From: Mytilus californianus
Taxonomy: Eukaryota
Assembly (NCBI RefSeq): GCF_021869535.1
Contig: NW_026262679.1
Span: 87,978,001-88,042,000, forward strand
Length of the DNA stretch: 64,000 bases
Reading direction: 5' to 3'
The first letter of the stretch is position 1. The number at the start of each line of letters is the position of its first letter. The position numbers and the translations under genes are program-made. A model generated the notes under the pieces. The model had not been told where the DNA came from, searched no databases, and was given only the letters and a program-made list of their open reading frames with translations. Shown here in pieces: positions 24,501 to 37,300 of this stretch.

Positions 24501-27257
24501 CGTTGGAAATGGATTGGCCATGTTCTATGAAAAGACAAACATGACATAACAAAGATATGGACACCTGCAGAGGGGAAAAGAAAGAGAGGGAGACTGAAAG
24601 AAACATGGCAACACACAATAGAGAGTGAACTTAGAATCATGGGAATGACATAGGGAGAGGCAGAAAGAAAGGCACAAGACAGGCAACAGTGGAGGGTGTT
24701 GGTAGAGGCCTCATGTGCAAGTACGCATGAAGAGGATTAAGTAAGTAAGTAAGTCAATATCATGGCCTTGCGGATTGATGTGTTCCAAATATTCCATACT
24801 AGTACCTGAGTCAATATCATGACCTCCTTGCATATGATATGAAATAATCTTTACATACCAGAGTCAATATCCTGACCTCCTTGCATGTGATATGATCAAT
24901 CATTACATACCTGAGTCAATATCATGACCTCCTTGCATGTGATACGATCCAATCATTACATACCTGAGTCAATATCATGACCACCTTGAATGTGATATGA
25001 TCCAATCATTGCATACCTGAGTCAATATCATGACCTATATGCATGTGATATGATCCAATCATTACATAGCTGAGTCAATATCTTGGATGTGATATGATCC
25101 TATCATTACATACCTGAGTCAATATCATGACCTCCTTGCATGTGATATGATCCAATCATTACATACCTGAGTCAATATCATGACCTCCTTGCATGTGATA
25201 TGATCCACCTGGTCGTCTTTTTACTTGTAACCAAACAGGAGAAACCATGCTGAATTTGTTACTGAATGTTTTTGCAATGTCATACCCATGACTATTCCAC
25301 TACAATGAAGAATTAATAACTTATTCAGAACTTATCAATTCTAGGATGTCTCTGTATTGTAGTAATTTTAAACAGAGAGTTTATGGACAATATAACATCC
25401 TCAACAACAAATTATAATCTCACTGCAAACCCCGTCAGATCATATATAGATTCTATAACTTTCAACGTATTTTGGTCTCTGGTGGAGAGTTATTTCATTT
25501 GCAATCATACCACATCTTCTTATTTTTATATCTATGAATAGACCACTTGGTTCATATCCTCCCATTTAGCTAAGCTCAAGTAAGGGAAGTCTTGAGTTCA
25601 ACCAAACTAAGACTGTGATTGCTGCTTACCATATAGAATTTAGGATCAAGAGTTAAAACAGTCAGTGAGTCAAAATAATGTGCCCATTAAAGGTATCAAG
25701 TTGTCTTGCAAATTTAGGATTTCCTTAACATGAATTTATTTTTTATATCATGTATTTCAAATTTGTAAACTTTAAGACAAAAATGAGAATTCATTCATAC
25801 CTATCTTGGACATACAAAAGCTAAAACCATCATATGTTTTTAATAAGAATATGATTTAGAAATCCAGTAGAAATTAAGATCCATTCACAGAAAAAAGAAT
25901 AAAACGTTAAAAAAAAAAATTCGCATTTGGCAAGGAGAGGAAACTTTTTCCACAAGCGTGTTCAATCCAGGGGAAATAATCTGATTAGATCTAGCTTAAA
26001 TCAAATAATCCTTGCACTCTTTTGTAAAGTTAAAAAAAATCAAGAGCAGGGACTTACAGTTTTCTTATTATTATGAAAATGATAAATCTCAATTATCTTC
26101 TCCAAAATTAATATCAATAAATTGTTTTCATTAAAAAATGAATGATTGTTGACATTTGCATTTAAAAATCCAAATTTCTAACACATTATGATCAATGTAA
26201 CCAACATTTTTTTTTTATTAAAGAAAATATACTTTACTCTTTTTGAGAAAAAAATTAAATAACTCTAATTGGTGCTTTCCTTTGATAGGTTAATCTTTCC
26301 AAAAACTAGTCGAAATATGAATCTAGATACTTTGTTTGGGTGGGTTGGTGGGCAGATATGAGCTTTTGCATAAAAAAGCACACAAAATGGTATCATAGAC
26401 AAAACTGTATTTATAGTAGAAACATATCATAAAATCGGGGGGAAATACCAACAAATATGACAAACAAAACTAAATACTGGATGCTGCAAAATTTAACATG
26501 TTTACGTTATACAAATTTTTTATATAAAACCTGTTTTCCATTATGAAGAATTCAAGATTTGTATTCAGTGGAACTTACAGGAGTAACATAAGCTAGAATA
26601 TCACCAGTAAAATGTGGAGTCTTTGATTCACTAATGGAGCCATATTCTTTCAGGATATCTTTCAGTTTTATTTCTTCCTTTACAAGGCCCCTTTCTATGA
26701 CACTGTTTGTCACTGGCTTGAACTGAAGTAAAAAGAAAACAACTTCATTTTCATAATCATCATGCAAACATGATAAAAAAGTATGAAAATCTTTCAGACA
26801 TATTCTTATAATGCCATATAGATGCCAAGATGTTTCATTGACAAAACTTTAGAATTGGGAAGAAACAGAGCCATTTAATATCCAATTGTTTGTTCTTTTA
26901 TACATTAATTTACAATACTGGTTATTAATAGAAATTTTACCCCTGGTAGTGGTATACCAGTATTGGGATTGCCAACTACAGAAGTAGTGGTACTGTCTCC
27001 AAAATTACATACCAAAGTAGTCTGACTACTAGCTAAAAAATGAAATACTATATCAAAATTTATTCAATTCTTGTCTGTTACCCAACATGCCCAAGGTTGG
27101 ACACTTGTGGTAGTTTGCTATTGTTTATTCTCATACCTCTATTGAGTATTACCTTATCTTTCTTGACTTTTTTCTTGTCTTTTGGAGACAAGCTAGCATC
27201 AGTTAAAACTGTATACAATATAGTTAAAAGATAAATGCTTCTTTGTTTAAGTATCAT
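15540..27257 (-). CDS. CHID1: Chitinase domain-containing protein 1 (SI-CLP; inactive GH18 fold), 11 coding exons, 383 aa
   Basis: Exons (minus): 27257-27153, 26722-26579, 25299-25167, 24181-24143, 23743-23637, 23042-22981, 21835-21743, 21257-21159, 19331-19182, 18842-18765, 15681-15540. All are GT-AG and phase-consistent; total 1152 nt. Diagnostic peptides: [103 protein letters not shown]. Confidence 0.96.
16376..18750. repeat. About 2.4-kb 9-bp satellite (TATAGCATG/TATAGTATG)n in the last CHID1 intron
   Basis: Continuous 9-bp periodicity. An 11-bp variant unit (TATAAATTATG) recurs only from ~17660 to 18710. This array is the source of the spurious MYS/MLY ORFs. Confidence 0.98.
20278..21043. 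mobile_element. Kolobok-like non-autonomous DNA transposon, copy 1
   Basis: Flanked by TTAA on both sides (20274-77, 21044-47), termini GG...CC, imperfect terminal inverted repeats (GGATG...). Closely similar to 39910-40672. Confidence 0.8.
21990..22620 (-). mobile_element. Degenerate fragment of the HINE-like family seen at 43510-45440
   Basis: AAGGGCAATAACTCC and CTTGTCCTGATGATAATTTTTGCTGTTAACAGTTT are reverse complements of that family's internal ~175-bp repeat. Confidence 0.5.
24373..24751 (+). mobile_element. 5'-truncated RTE-clade LINE 3' end
   Basis: Decodes with stops to [24 protein letters not shown]...RWKWIGHVL...[16 protein letters not shown]...[16 protein letters not shown]. It has a (TAAG)4 tail and a 12-bp target-site duplication AGTCAATATCAT (24361-72 and 24752-63). 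Confidence 0.88.
24752..25206. repeat. 53-bp minisatellite derived from the CHID1 exon 3/intron 3 junction
   Basis: Unit CTGAGTCAATATCATGACCTCCTTGCATGTGATATGATCCAATCATTACATAC, about 8 copies. The rightmost copy overlaps the coding exon end. Confidence 0.95.
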
Positions 27258-27566
27258 CTCATTAAAAACAGGTAACAATCTAAAAATATAATGAAGAAAT
27301 TATTATTTACTTTTGTATCTAAGTACATCAAATAAACCTAAATACACACATAGTGAATAAACACAATAAATAAATTATTTCACAATAAATATGTTGACCT
27401 CTATATGTCTTTTTTTATTTATTGTGTTATTGGGTTAATGCCCCATTGATGCATTCCCCATCATCCCATAACTCTTAAATTAAATATATTGAATATTAAT
27501 GTGAAATAATTTTTTTTATTAAAACTTAGTTAAGAGTCTCAGACATTTCCATTGTCTTGTCACAAT

Positions 27567-27772
27567 AGATATAGGAAGATGTGGTATGAGTGCCAATGAG
27601 ACAACTCTCCATCCAAGTTACAATTTATAAAAGTAAACCATTATAGGTCAAGGTACGGCCTTCAACACGGAGCATTGGCTCACACCGAACAGCAAGCTAT
27701 AAAGGGCCCCAAAAAATTACTAGTGTAAAACCATTGTAATCAGATTCCTGACTTAGGACAGGTGCAAATGCT
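27567..27772 (+). repeat. Abundant dispersed repeat (AGATGTGGTATGAGTGCCAATGAGACAACTCTCCATCC family)
   Basis: Near-identical copies at ~32085, 48445, 52045-52490 (minus), 61378 and others in this window. Class not established from the sequence. Confidence 0.75.
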
Positions 27773-29244
27773 TATATGTATTTTGTCACAGTAAATATTG
27801 ATTGTTCAATGACGTCATTTAAACTGATTGACTTCTGGTTTTAAATGAAACTCTATATTAGGTCTAAGAACCTGACCCCAGGCCATTTACCTGGATATAC
27901 CTGGATCTGTGAAAAGATCTTATAAAACGATTTTTTTTGTCCCTTGCATTATCTAATTCTTGTTATTCATTATGATTAACTTTTACTTTTTACGGTATGT
28001 AAAGATGACTTTCAAATTCGATTTACTGTACATTTCTGATGTCACAATGCTTATGTTGATATGTCATAGTATGAATCTATTGTTCAATGACATGATTTAC
28101 ACAGGTCAACCTTGGTCTAATTTGCTTTTTATGTTTTTATGAATGGTCACACAGGTTAACCTGATCATTCAGGGGAATCAGCATCATAGGGCATTGTGAC
28201 ATGAATATATTTGATTGTGACATTAAATTTTTCTAGGGAAGAGCACCAATACACTTGATTCCAATTGTTATCTTTCGGTCAAACGTCAAAGTGTTTGGTT
28301 TAAGGTGACAAATAACGTCACTTTAAACCAAACACTTTGACATCATTTGTGCATTTGTTGGGCATAAAATCTATGTCAGTAGGTTGAGCTAAGGGATGAA
28401 TATTCTAATGGGGATAACTTCCTTATTACTGCTTCGATAACTGTTTTAAATAATAAAATTAATATATTGCTTTAGGCAGGGTTGGATTATGTACATAAAA
28501 ATAAAGACGGGTGTTTGAAAAATGTCAAGCAGTCACAATTACTTTATCAGTTCAAAGATGCAGGATCCAGTTTAATAGCCCATAAAACGTTTAAATGACG
28601 TGAGAAATAAGAGTATAGTAAAAGAGTATTTCTGGTAATGGAAATGATATGAATCAAACGTATTGGAAGATCATGTTTCAGCTTATTAAAGTGGCATTAG
28701 CTACAATTTACACTATAAACTAAAATATGATGTTTTTTGTTTCAAACATTTTTTGATATTAAAAATCCCTATTAGTTGTCAGTTTGGTTTAATTTTGTCA
28801 AAATTGAAGCTCAAAAACATCACAAATGTATTATTGGCTTGCAAGTCAATAATTCAACTCATTTGAATCTGTATTCATGCATGCAACCTTAAATTTGACC
28901 ACGAGTTACACATGTGCTCACAGTGTAACTGTGTTCAGTAACAGTCATTAAAAACAAAAGAATGTAAATATTGAAAAAACGAAACAAGGAAGCCACCAGG
29001 ATAAAGCATTTTAACATTTCAATGACTGATTCGTTCCACAAAAAAATCACTTTTATACAGGAAAAAAGTTGTTTTACATTTTTTCTGTAATCTGTAAAAA
29101 AAATCATCATTACAGAAGTAGCACCTGCTTGTCAGTTTTTTTATATTTATGTTTATATAAGGTAGTTAGACCAGCGGCAGACTTCGGAGATCATCTGATG
29201 TTGGTTGATCATGGCATCAATGATTTTTAATCCAGAGCTGATTA

Positions 29245-30764
29245 GGGGACGACCATTTGATATTCTGGGGGGGGGCCAGGAGGATTTTGAAAATAAATAA
29301 CTCAGCCTTGATAATCACAAAAATAAATGGTTTGTTCTGTGGTAGTTCGAAAATAAATAACGTGACTTACAATGTATTGAAAATGAATAACTCGGCAGGT
29401 CTTTAAGCCATTTTATAAATGCTATTCGAAAGTATGAGGTGGCACCAGATTCTTCATTAAATTCATCTTTTTTTCAAAAAAAAAATCAGGAAACACTTCC
29501 CAAATCTTTTTATAATAAAGGTATAAATATCATTTAAATATACTTGAAATGTCTGAAAATGGGTTTCATTTAACTTGAGGTATATTGGCTCAGGAACACT
29601 TACCTCACTTTTATTACAGGGCTGTAACTACATTGAGGCAAATGCCTTTATGTAGGAAATTTTAAAACCAAAAGCTTGTCACAGCAAGTGTTTGCAAAAA
29701 GCAAGTTCTGTTCTCCTTTGGACGTAGCACCTGTTTTTTTGGGATCAATGTTTCTTTAAATTTGTCTTTTGTTCATTGATTGCCCCTCTGTATTCTCTTA
29801 GTGTTGCATTCCTTTTGTGATTTAGTAATTGTGTTTTCAACTTGATCATGAGTTTTATTTTATTTAAGACTTTTTAGCTAATTTTACAACTTAACTACTT
29901 TAAATTGTATCCCAGTTAAGAGCTACATCAAGTTGTAATTGAAATGTGTTATTAAAAAATACTTGACATAGTTATATCACTGATAATCAGCCCCTCTTAA
30001 CTTAATTTGAATAAAACCCCATATAATTTACAGGTATAAAAGATTTAAATTCTGCATGCCGAAACAACAACAAAAAAAAACCAGCAGCCACATACTTAAC
30101 TATGTGAATTACATTTTTACTTTATTCTTCATATTGGTCTTTTGATGTTGTCCATAAAAACTTAAGTCTTACGCTGAATCTATACATTTTGCTTTGAGAA
30201 CAAAATATTGTCGAAAAATTATTAAAACAGAACTTGCGTTTTCAGAATAAGAAAGGGTCTGGGAACGCCCAGAAAGCATGATTTTGCATCATTTGTTCTA
30301 TAGTTTCTTTGGGCCTTCAGCGGCTTCAAAACCCTTCAAAATTTTTTTGCCTCGCTCCGCTCGGCATAAATATATTTGGCAATACTTTTAAAAGAGGCTA
30401 GTCACAGCCCCCAACTCTAATACCGTGTATATATGCAATTTGGAATTCAGAAGATTCATTTCCGCAGAGGATGATGATTAATTCTGATTAAATGGTACAT
30501 TAAAGACTTGACTGTACTGTACATGTATTATTTATAATAAAAAATGAATTTAAAAATTGTATGTTTCCAAATATTATTAATAGAGTTATGAAAATAAATA
30601 ACCAGTCCCTTGTTTTAATGAAAATGAAAAATCTTGCTTCAACAGTGCAGAAAATAAATAATCTGTCCTCTTAGTTTACAAAACTAAATAACCGATCCAA
30701 AACAAATCCTCCTGGCCCCCCCCCCCCCCCCCCCCCCCCCCCAGAATATCAAATGGTCGTCCCC
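29245..30764. mobile_element. PIF/Harbinger-like non-autonomous element (~1.5 kb)
   Basis: Long terminal inverted repeats GGGGACGACCATTTGATATTCTGG(G)nCCAGGAGGATT at both ends; 3-bp TTA duplication (29242-44, 30765-67). Confidence 0.8.
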
Positions 30765-31160
30765 TTATGCTGCTCTCAGACATGTCAGAGCGTCTAAATC
30801 AGAAAATTGTTACAGACAGAATCCCAAAAGGGAGTAAATGACGTCTGGTCTTAAGTATAATATGCACATGTTCATGCACTGTTAAATGTTTTCTTTTTGG
30901 ACCTTTTGGAATTTTGGAAACTGTATAAGTTTTATAAGGAATCCTGGTCCGTTCGCCCAAAAACATGTTCGCTCCCATTCACGTTCGCCCCCTTTCACGT
31001 TCGCAACCTACATAGCACTATACAAATCCTTGCTGTAAGCTAATGCCCTTTCAAAATTATTCATAAAAAAGCTCGAAATTGGTCTGTACTGTATAGTGCC
31101 ATTAGTGGAGACTGGAGTTGACACTCAGTAGTAATTTTACCTATTAGTTCATAGCATTAC

Positions 31161-31368
31161 CTGGTAATAAATATTTTTCGTCAAAATCAATTCAAATTTT
31201 CGACAAAAGGCTTGTTGGGATATGATGCAGGATATTTAATCACCAATGATCAAAATGAAAGTAGCGTCATGTTACGGAAACTTTTTTGGGATTGCCTCCC
31301 TTACTTCCTTGAGAGGTGAAGGACAGGACACCGGCAGAAGGTCACTTCTCTTATTCCAATAAGCAGTC
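31161..31368. promoter_or_regulatory. Putative bidirectional promoter / 5' region shared by CHID1 and PGAM
   Basis: PGAM ATG at 31369 (+). A strong minus-strand donor CAG|GTAATG at 31160-31159 could end a CHID1 non-coding first exon that splices to the acceptor at 27280-82. Inference only. Confidence 0.4.
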
Positions 31369-34300
31369 ATGGCAAAATATACAATCGTTTTTGTGAGACA
31401 TGGAGAAAGTGAATGGAACCAAAAGAACTTATTTTGTGGCTGGCATGATGCCGATTTGTCAGAAACAGGCTTAGCTGAAGCAAAAAATGCTGGAACGGTA
31501 AATTTTGACAGTTGTAACTTGTCTTGTGTGATAGCATCAGATTGACACTGACAGGTTATGTATACATGTATCTGCAGTTTAAGCTAATATCATTCATTCT
31601 GGCTATATAAGTTCAATTTGGCTAGCTGTCTTTGAGTATGCAATTTTGGGCTTCTTTTACTAAAGCCATTTAAGCCTAAGGGTCCCAACTCATATATGGC
31701 TTTTATTCTAAACTATTAAACTCTTACCATAAACCTAACCAGAATCCGGGTCCATTGGTCCTGATTCACGTTTGCCCTAGTCCCTGTTCGCCCCAATAAC
31801 TCTTTGCCCTGGGTCCTTTCAACCTAATACCTGTTTGTACTGGGTCCGTTCACCTTGATTTTTATTTCATTCTTTTGACATGTTTTATAAAGTAAATTAT
31901 TCGAATAAAGTATGTTAAAGGTTGTTGAGAATTTTGCCGAATATATAAGAATATTGCTACTACCAGGTAATTTTTTTTCTTTGATTTACACTTAAGTGTT
32001 CATGAATATGTTACTGAACATGCTGAAGACCAAGTTATCTGAATGTATTATGGCCAACTCACAGCTTTTACCATTTAATAGAAATAAGAAGATGTGGTAT
32101 GAGTGCCAATGAGACAATTCTCCATCCAAGTCACAATGTGTAAAAAGTTAACAATTATAGGTCAAAGTACGGCCTACAACACGGAGCCTTGGCTCACGCT
32201 GAACAGCAAGCCATAAAGGGCCCCAAAATGACTAGTGTAAAACAATTCAAACAGGAAAACCAACAGTCTAATCTATATAAAAAACGAGAAACAGGAAACA
32301 CTTAAGAACCACATCAACAAACGTCAACCACTGAAACAGTTTCCTGACTAGGACAGGTGCAAACATTTGCAGCGGGTTTAAACGTTTTAACCTTCACCCA
32401 AACCTGAAATAGTAGAAAGACACAATATAAAATATCAATTGAAATGGCTTAACTCAATCAAAAAGACATATTAACAGAAATAAGTATATAACACTGAACG
32501 TGCTGAACGAATAAATTTGATCTATGACACAATGTCAAAAAGGCAACTATAACCTTGCAGACAAAATGGCATTAAATAAAATAACGTACACAGGTAAATT
32601 TAAATATAATAATTTTGTAGTTAGGAGTATGGAGATATTTTTTACAAAATCAATAACGATGTTGTTCATAATACGAGAATGCACACTTTTTCAACTGTTC
32701 ACATATGTCTTTACACACAAACACACATATTCCTGTACTCTATATGTTATTGTTATTATACAGATACATGTAGACATGTTTATATCTATCCTGCAATCAA
32801 CCTTTTTACTATTCAAATACAGGTGTACAGATAAGTGAGATAACATGAAGTGATATACAGATATGGCTTCCTGCTTCATTCAATTGCTGTTTACATCGCT
32901 GTTCAATTTAGGAGTCCTCTTTGCAATCATTGTTTTAAAGTCATTTGGATTTTTCATTTGAAAAAAAATTCAAAGGGTGGGAGTTAATACAAATACTTTC
33001 AAATTTTTTAAACAACATATTATATCATCTACATGTATGTTTTTACTATTTTTATTTGTTACAAAAATTTGATTAACTTTTAATTTAATTGCACATGTTC
33101 AGTATAAAAAAACTGAGTTTTATGAGATCGCCTTCATGAAAATTAAAAAAGAAGGAAAGTTTATTTTGCCATTGTTGGTTGTGAGTATTGAAATTTTCTT
33201 TAAAAAGACACAAAGCAGTTGTCTTATCATCTGGAAATTCAAACACAGTGGTACGTTTATTAGTTTAAGGTTGGGAATTCATTTATTTGGGTTTATTTGT
33301 TTGTTAGCAGATTTATAATAATAAATAATGTTAACATGATGATGATGTTTTTGTAGATGTTGAAAGAAAAGGGATATACCTTTGACATAGCATTCACAAG
33401 TTTACTAAAAAGAGCCATAAAAACTTTGTATTTCGTACAAGATGAACTTGACTTGCACTGGATCCCTGTTGTCAGACATTGGAGGTTGAATGAGAGACAT
33501 TATGGTGCTTTACAGGGACTCAATAAATCAGAAACTGCTGAAAAATATGGAGAGGCTCAAGTGAAGGTAAAATATCAGTAATTATTCCAGAATTTTTACA
33601 TACTTTCATGTCTTGTTTTTCTATTTTCCTATTTTTATTGTACCTAAAACAAAGATCTATGGTTATCTCATGCCTAAGTTAAAATACATTTCTGTTTTAA
33701 TACCACTTAAAAGGTTCCATCACGAGTCAATGACAATAATATTTTACTTATTTTTGGATAAAGGTGATTACTATTGAAGAACAACAGTTAATTAAAAAGA
33801 AAGCTTTAAAATCTTTTCTGTATCAAATAGACGCTTGTACTGCAAATGTACATCTGAAAAATATTTTGAAATGCAGTTGTTGATATACAACGTAAAGCCA
33901 GTTTCTTAATTAATATACATGTTTAATGAGCAAATGGTACATCTAATATGCTCATGTGCAACCCTGTACACATTTAAGAAATGCATTTATGCATCAAAGT
34001 TAGAATACAATTTATTGACAGTGATGATCAGTTTAAAAAAGTTTACCAATCAAATTTCTTAATGAATATATTGATATGTGTTTATGTCATAATTTGTAAT
34101 GAATAAATAGTTTCTGCATCATTTTTACGGCCAAAGTTTTGGATTTAGGTAGTTTACCATGAAGTTGTGGTCACATCTACTTGAAACTTAGTACCCATGC
34201 TCATTATGCTGTGAATTTTATTTCAAAGAACATATATGACAAATTATGGTTTGGACCAATAGTTTTTGGTTCAGTGAACATTGCAATGGTATATTGATAG

Positions 34301-37300
34301 TGCGAGTAGGGCTTGGTATCCTATACTATAGAAACATATTCTCGATTTTACATGTGTATAACATTTATTTTCCAGTTAAGTTGCTTCAATGAGATTTTGT
34401 GTTTAGGTTCACTTGGTTGAAACTTACTGAGGATTGATTCATCAAATGATCAATATCCAACTACATTTGTACTACATGTACTAGTTAGATCATCATAACA
34501 TACATGTACATACACTGTAGAAACTTATAGAATTGATAATCTCTTTAAAATCTAGGCATACTTCTCTAAAAAAGAGGTGGAAGACAAAACATTCAAAACT
34601 CATGTCGAGAGAAACTAATGTCCTTGAAATCTTCATGTACCCATAATGGGGCATTTAAACTCATAAGTCGAAGAGAAAATTACAAAACAAAAGACAACAA
34701 AAAGACAATCAATTTCTCCAAACTAATTGTATAATTTTTTTGTCTTGTTTTATTTGAAATTAACTTGCATGCTAAAATAAATGGAGTCTCATGCCATTTC
34801 TTAAAAATAGATGTCTAAATATGCACAGACAGTACAAATAGTTATTAAAATATGTGATTTCAGACAACATTGAACATTTGTTTTAGATTTGGAGAAGATC
34901 TTATGATACACCACCTCCAGCATTAGAAAAATCAGATAAGAGATGGTCTGCTAATGAGGTTAAATATGGAGTAAGTTGATAATTAAATTAAAAGAATTAG
35001 AATATGCAGGATTCCCACCAATCAGACATTGCTATTAGCATGATGAACACAAGTTATGCATTTGAAAGGGTGTTAGTCAGCAAATTTTCTCTGTAACTCG
35101 GCCAAATATTTCAGACCATTTTTCTACAGTATGCATTAAGTTGATAAATATTGACAAAATAAGGTACTGAGCTTGAAACTGCTACTTCAAAATCTATCTT
35201 CAGCTCTGCATGCCAGATTGGAAATTCACATTTTGTTTGTATTAGAATAAAATCTTTATGTGTCACACACAAAACACAACAGACAAAAATAGTAATTACA
35301 TATTATTTGGCTAATTTCCATATTTGTTGTAACTGTCTTGGTGGTCTTGCTGTAGTGTTCTTTTCTTGAGTGTGAAAGGTTGTTGGTTCAATCCTAGGCC
35401 AGGTGTGAAAAAGACTTGAAAAAATGTTAATTGCTTCTTTTCACCGAAGCAAATGACATTTAGGGGTAAGAGCAAAGACTGATTGGTTGTAATCAGAATA
35501 ATGTGTGTGGTAAGGGTGAGAATGAAAAAAAGGGTGATGTGCTTTGATTGCAAATGTGGAATGAGAACTATTCACCAGAAACAGAATGACACGGATGTAA
35601 GCAACTATAGGTCAATGTACGCCTTCAACAATGAGCAAAACCAATACCATATAGTAAGATATAAAAGGCCTCTGAATGACAATATGTGAACCATTCAAGA
35701 GAAAACCAAAAATCAATTGTAAAGAGCTGAAATTTATCAAATCGGCACAAAGCACAAAAAAAAACAGGTCAATGGAAATTTTAATCTGAACTATTTTTCA
35801 GGTTGACATAGCATTATCAGAGATAAATTATCTTATTTCAGAATTTAGATGAAAGTGTTGTTCCACCATGTGAATGTTTAAAAGACACAGTTATTAGAGC
35901 TTTACCATTCTGGCATGATGCTATTGTACCAGCAATGAAGGTATCAAATTGTAATGAATTTAGGGGAGATTCAAAAGCTTGAGGACAAGCATTAATTTTT
36001 AAATTTTTCAGTGCTTTTTTATATTATAGCCTTTTGAAATTATTTACCTGTCACCAAAAAAAAAGAGGTTCTTGTCCATTGAAATATTTATAATAATTGG
36101 AGTGCCACAGAAAAATTTAAATACACAGGAATTTCCCTGTATTAGTGTGTAAAAACAGTATTTACAGTATTTATGATAAACCACAAGCCTGCTGACCTAG
36201 CTAGTGAAAGTATAGTACTGTCAGTATCTTCTCACATCAAACAGGAATTATGAGCCTTATAGATATTTAAATATTTTAAGAAAAATGATTTTTAAGCAAG
36301 TCAGCTAGAAAGTTTGTTTTTTTTAAGACTGATTTAAATGTATTATATAGGCACGGGTATATATAGTTGTATACACACATATGTCTTAGGCCATTGTAAA
36401 CTTTTCACATGACTTGGTGTCTGTCCTCTTCCATTAACTTTTACAAACATCATCTTCACTGAAACTACAGGGCCAAATGGAATCAAACATGGCCACAATC
36501 ATCCCTAGTATCTAGACTACAAAATGTGTCGGATGATCCTATCTGCCAACCAACATGGCTGCCAAAGCTAAATATAGAAAACATAGGTGTAAAATGCAAA
36601 TATTGTCTATCATCTTGTAAATTGATATGGATAGAGAAAATTTGACGGGACACAAATGTACAGAATGTCAAGATCTACCTACCATTCATTTCGACCAATC
36701 CATATAAGAGTTATTGCCATTAGACAGATGCTTTTTACCCTTTTTGTGGGTTTCTTTTCGGAATCTACAGTACATTTAATTGGCCTTAATGTCTCTTGTT
36801 TATTTTGGACCATAGAGAATATAAAGAATTGTAAATAAATTAAAGTTTAAGGGCCAAAAAAAGACCTGACATAGCTCCTCTGTTATGAAATTATACAAAA
36901 TGAATAATTTCAAATCTGTTTTATAATTAAAGTGTATAAACATTGCAAGGTATTTAATAATTTTATAGGCAGGAAAGAGAGTTATAGTGTCAGCCCATGG
37001 AAATAGTTTGAGAGCAATAGTGAAGTACTTAGATAATATTCCAGACTCAGAAATCCCAGAACTCAACATCCCAACAGGTTAGTTTAAGTTTAAGTTTATG
37101 CCTGTACACACTAAAATTTTTGTTTTTTCACTTTTCAATCAGATTTTTTTTTCTGATGAAGACAAATATGTGTAGTGAAATCATATAGTTTAACAAAGAA
37201 ATGTGATGTCTTAATTGAGTGTCTTCAAACTTAAAGCTGAAAATGACCAAACCTTACATGCTTTATCAAAAATAAACAAGATCATTAAAATTTTATGTTT

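Noticed and set aside
24752-25206. CRISPR-like interpretation of the 53-bp, 32/34-bp and ~21-bp arrays
   Set aside because: Units are head-to-tail with no unique spacers, there are no cas genes, and the DNA is eukaryotic with spliceosomal introns.
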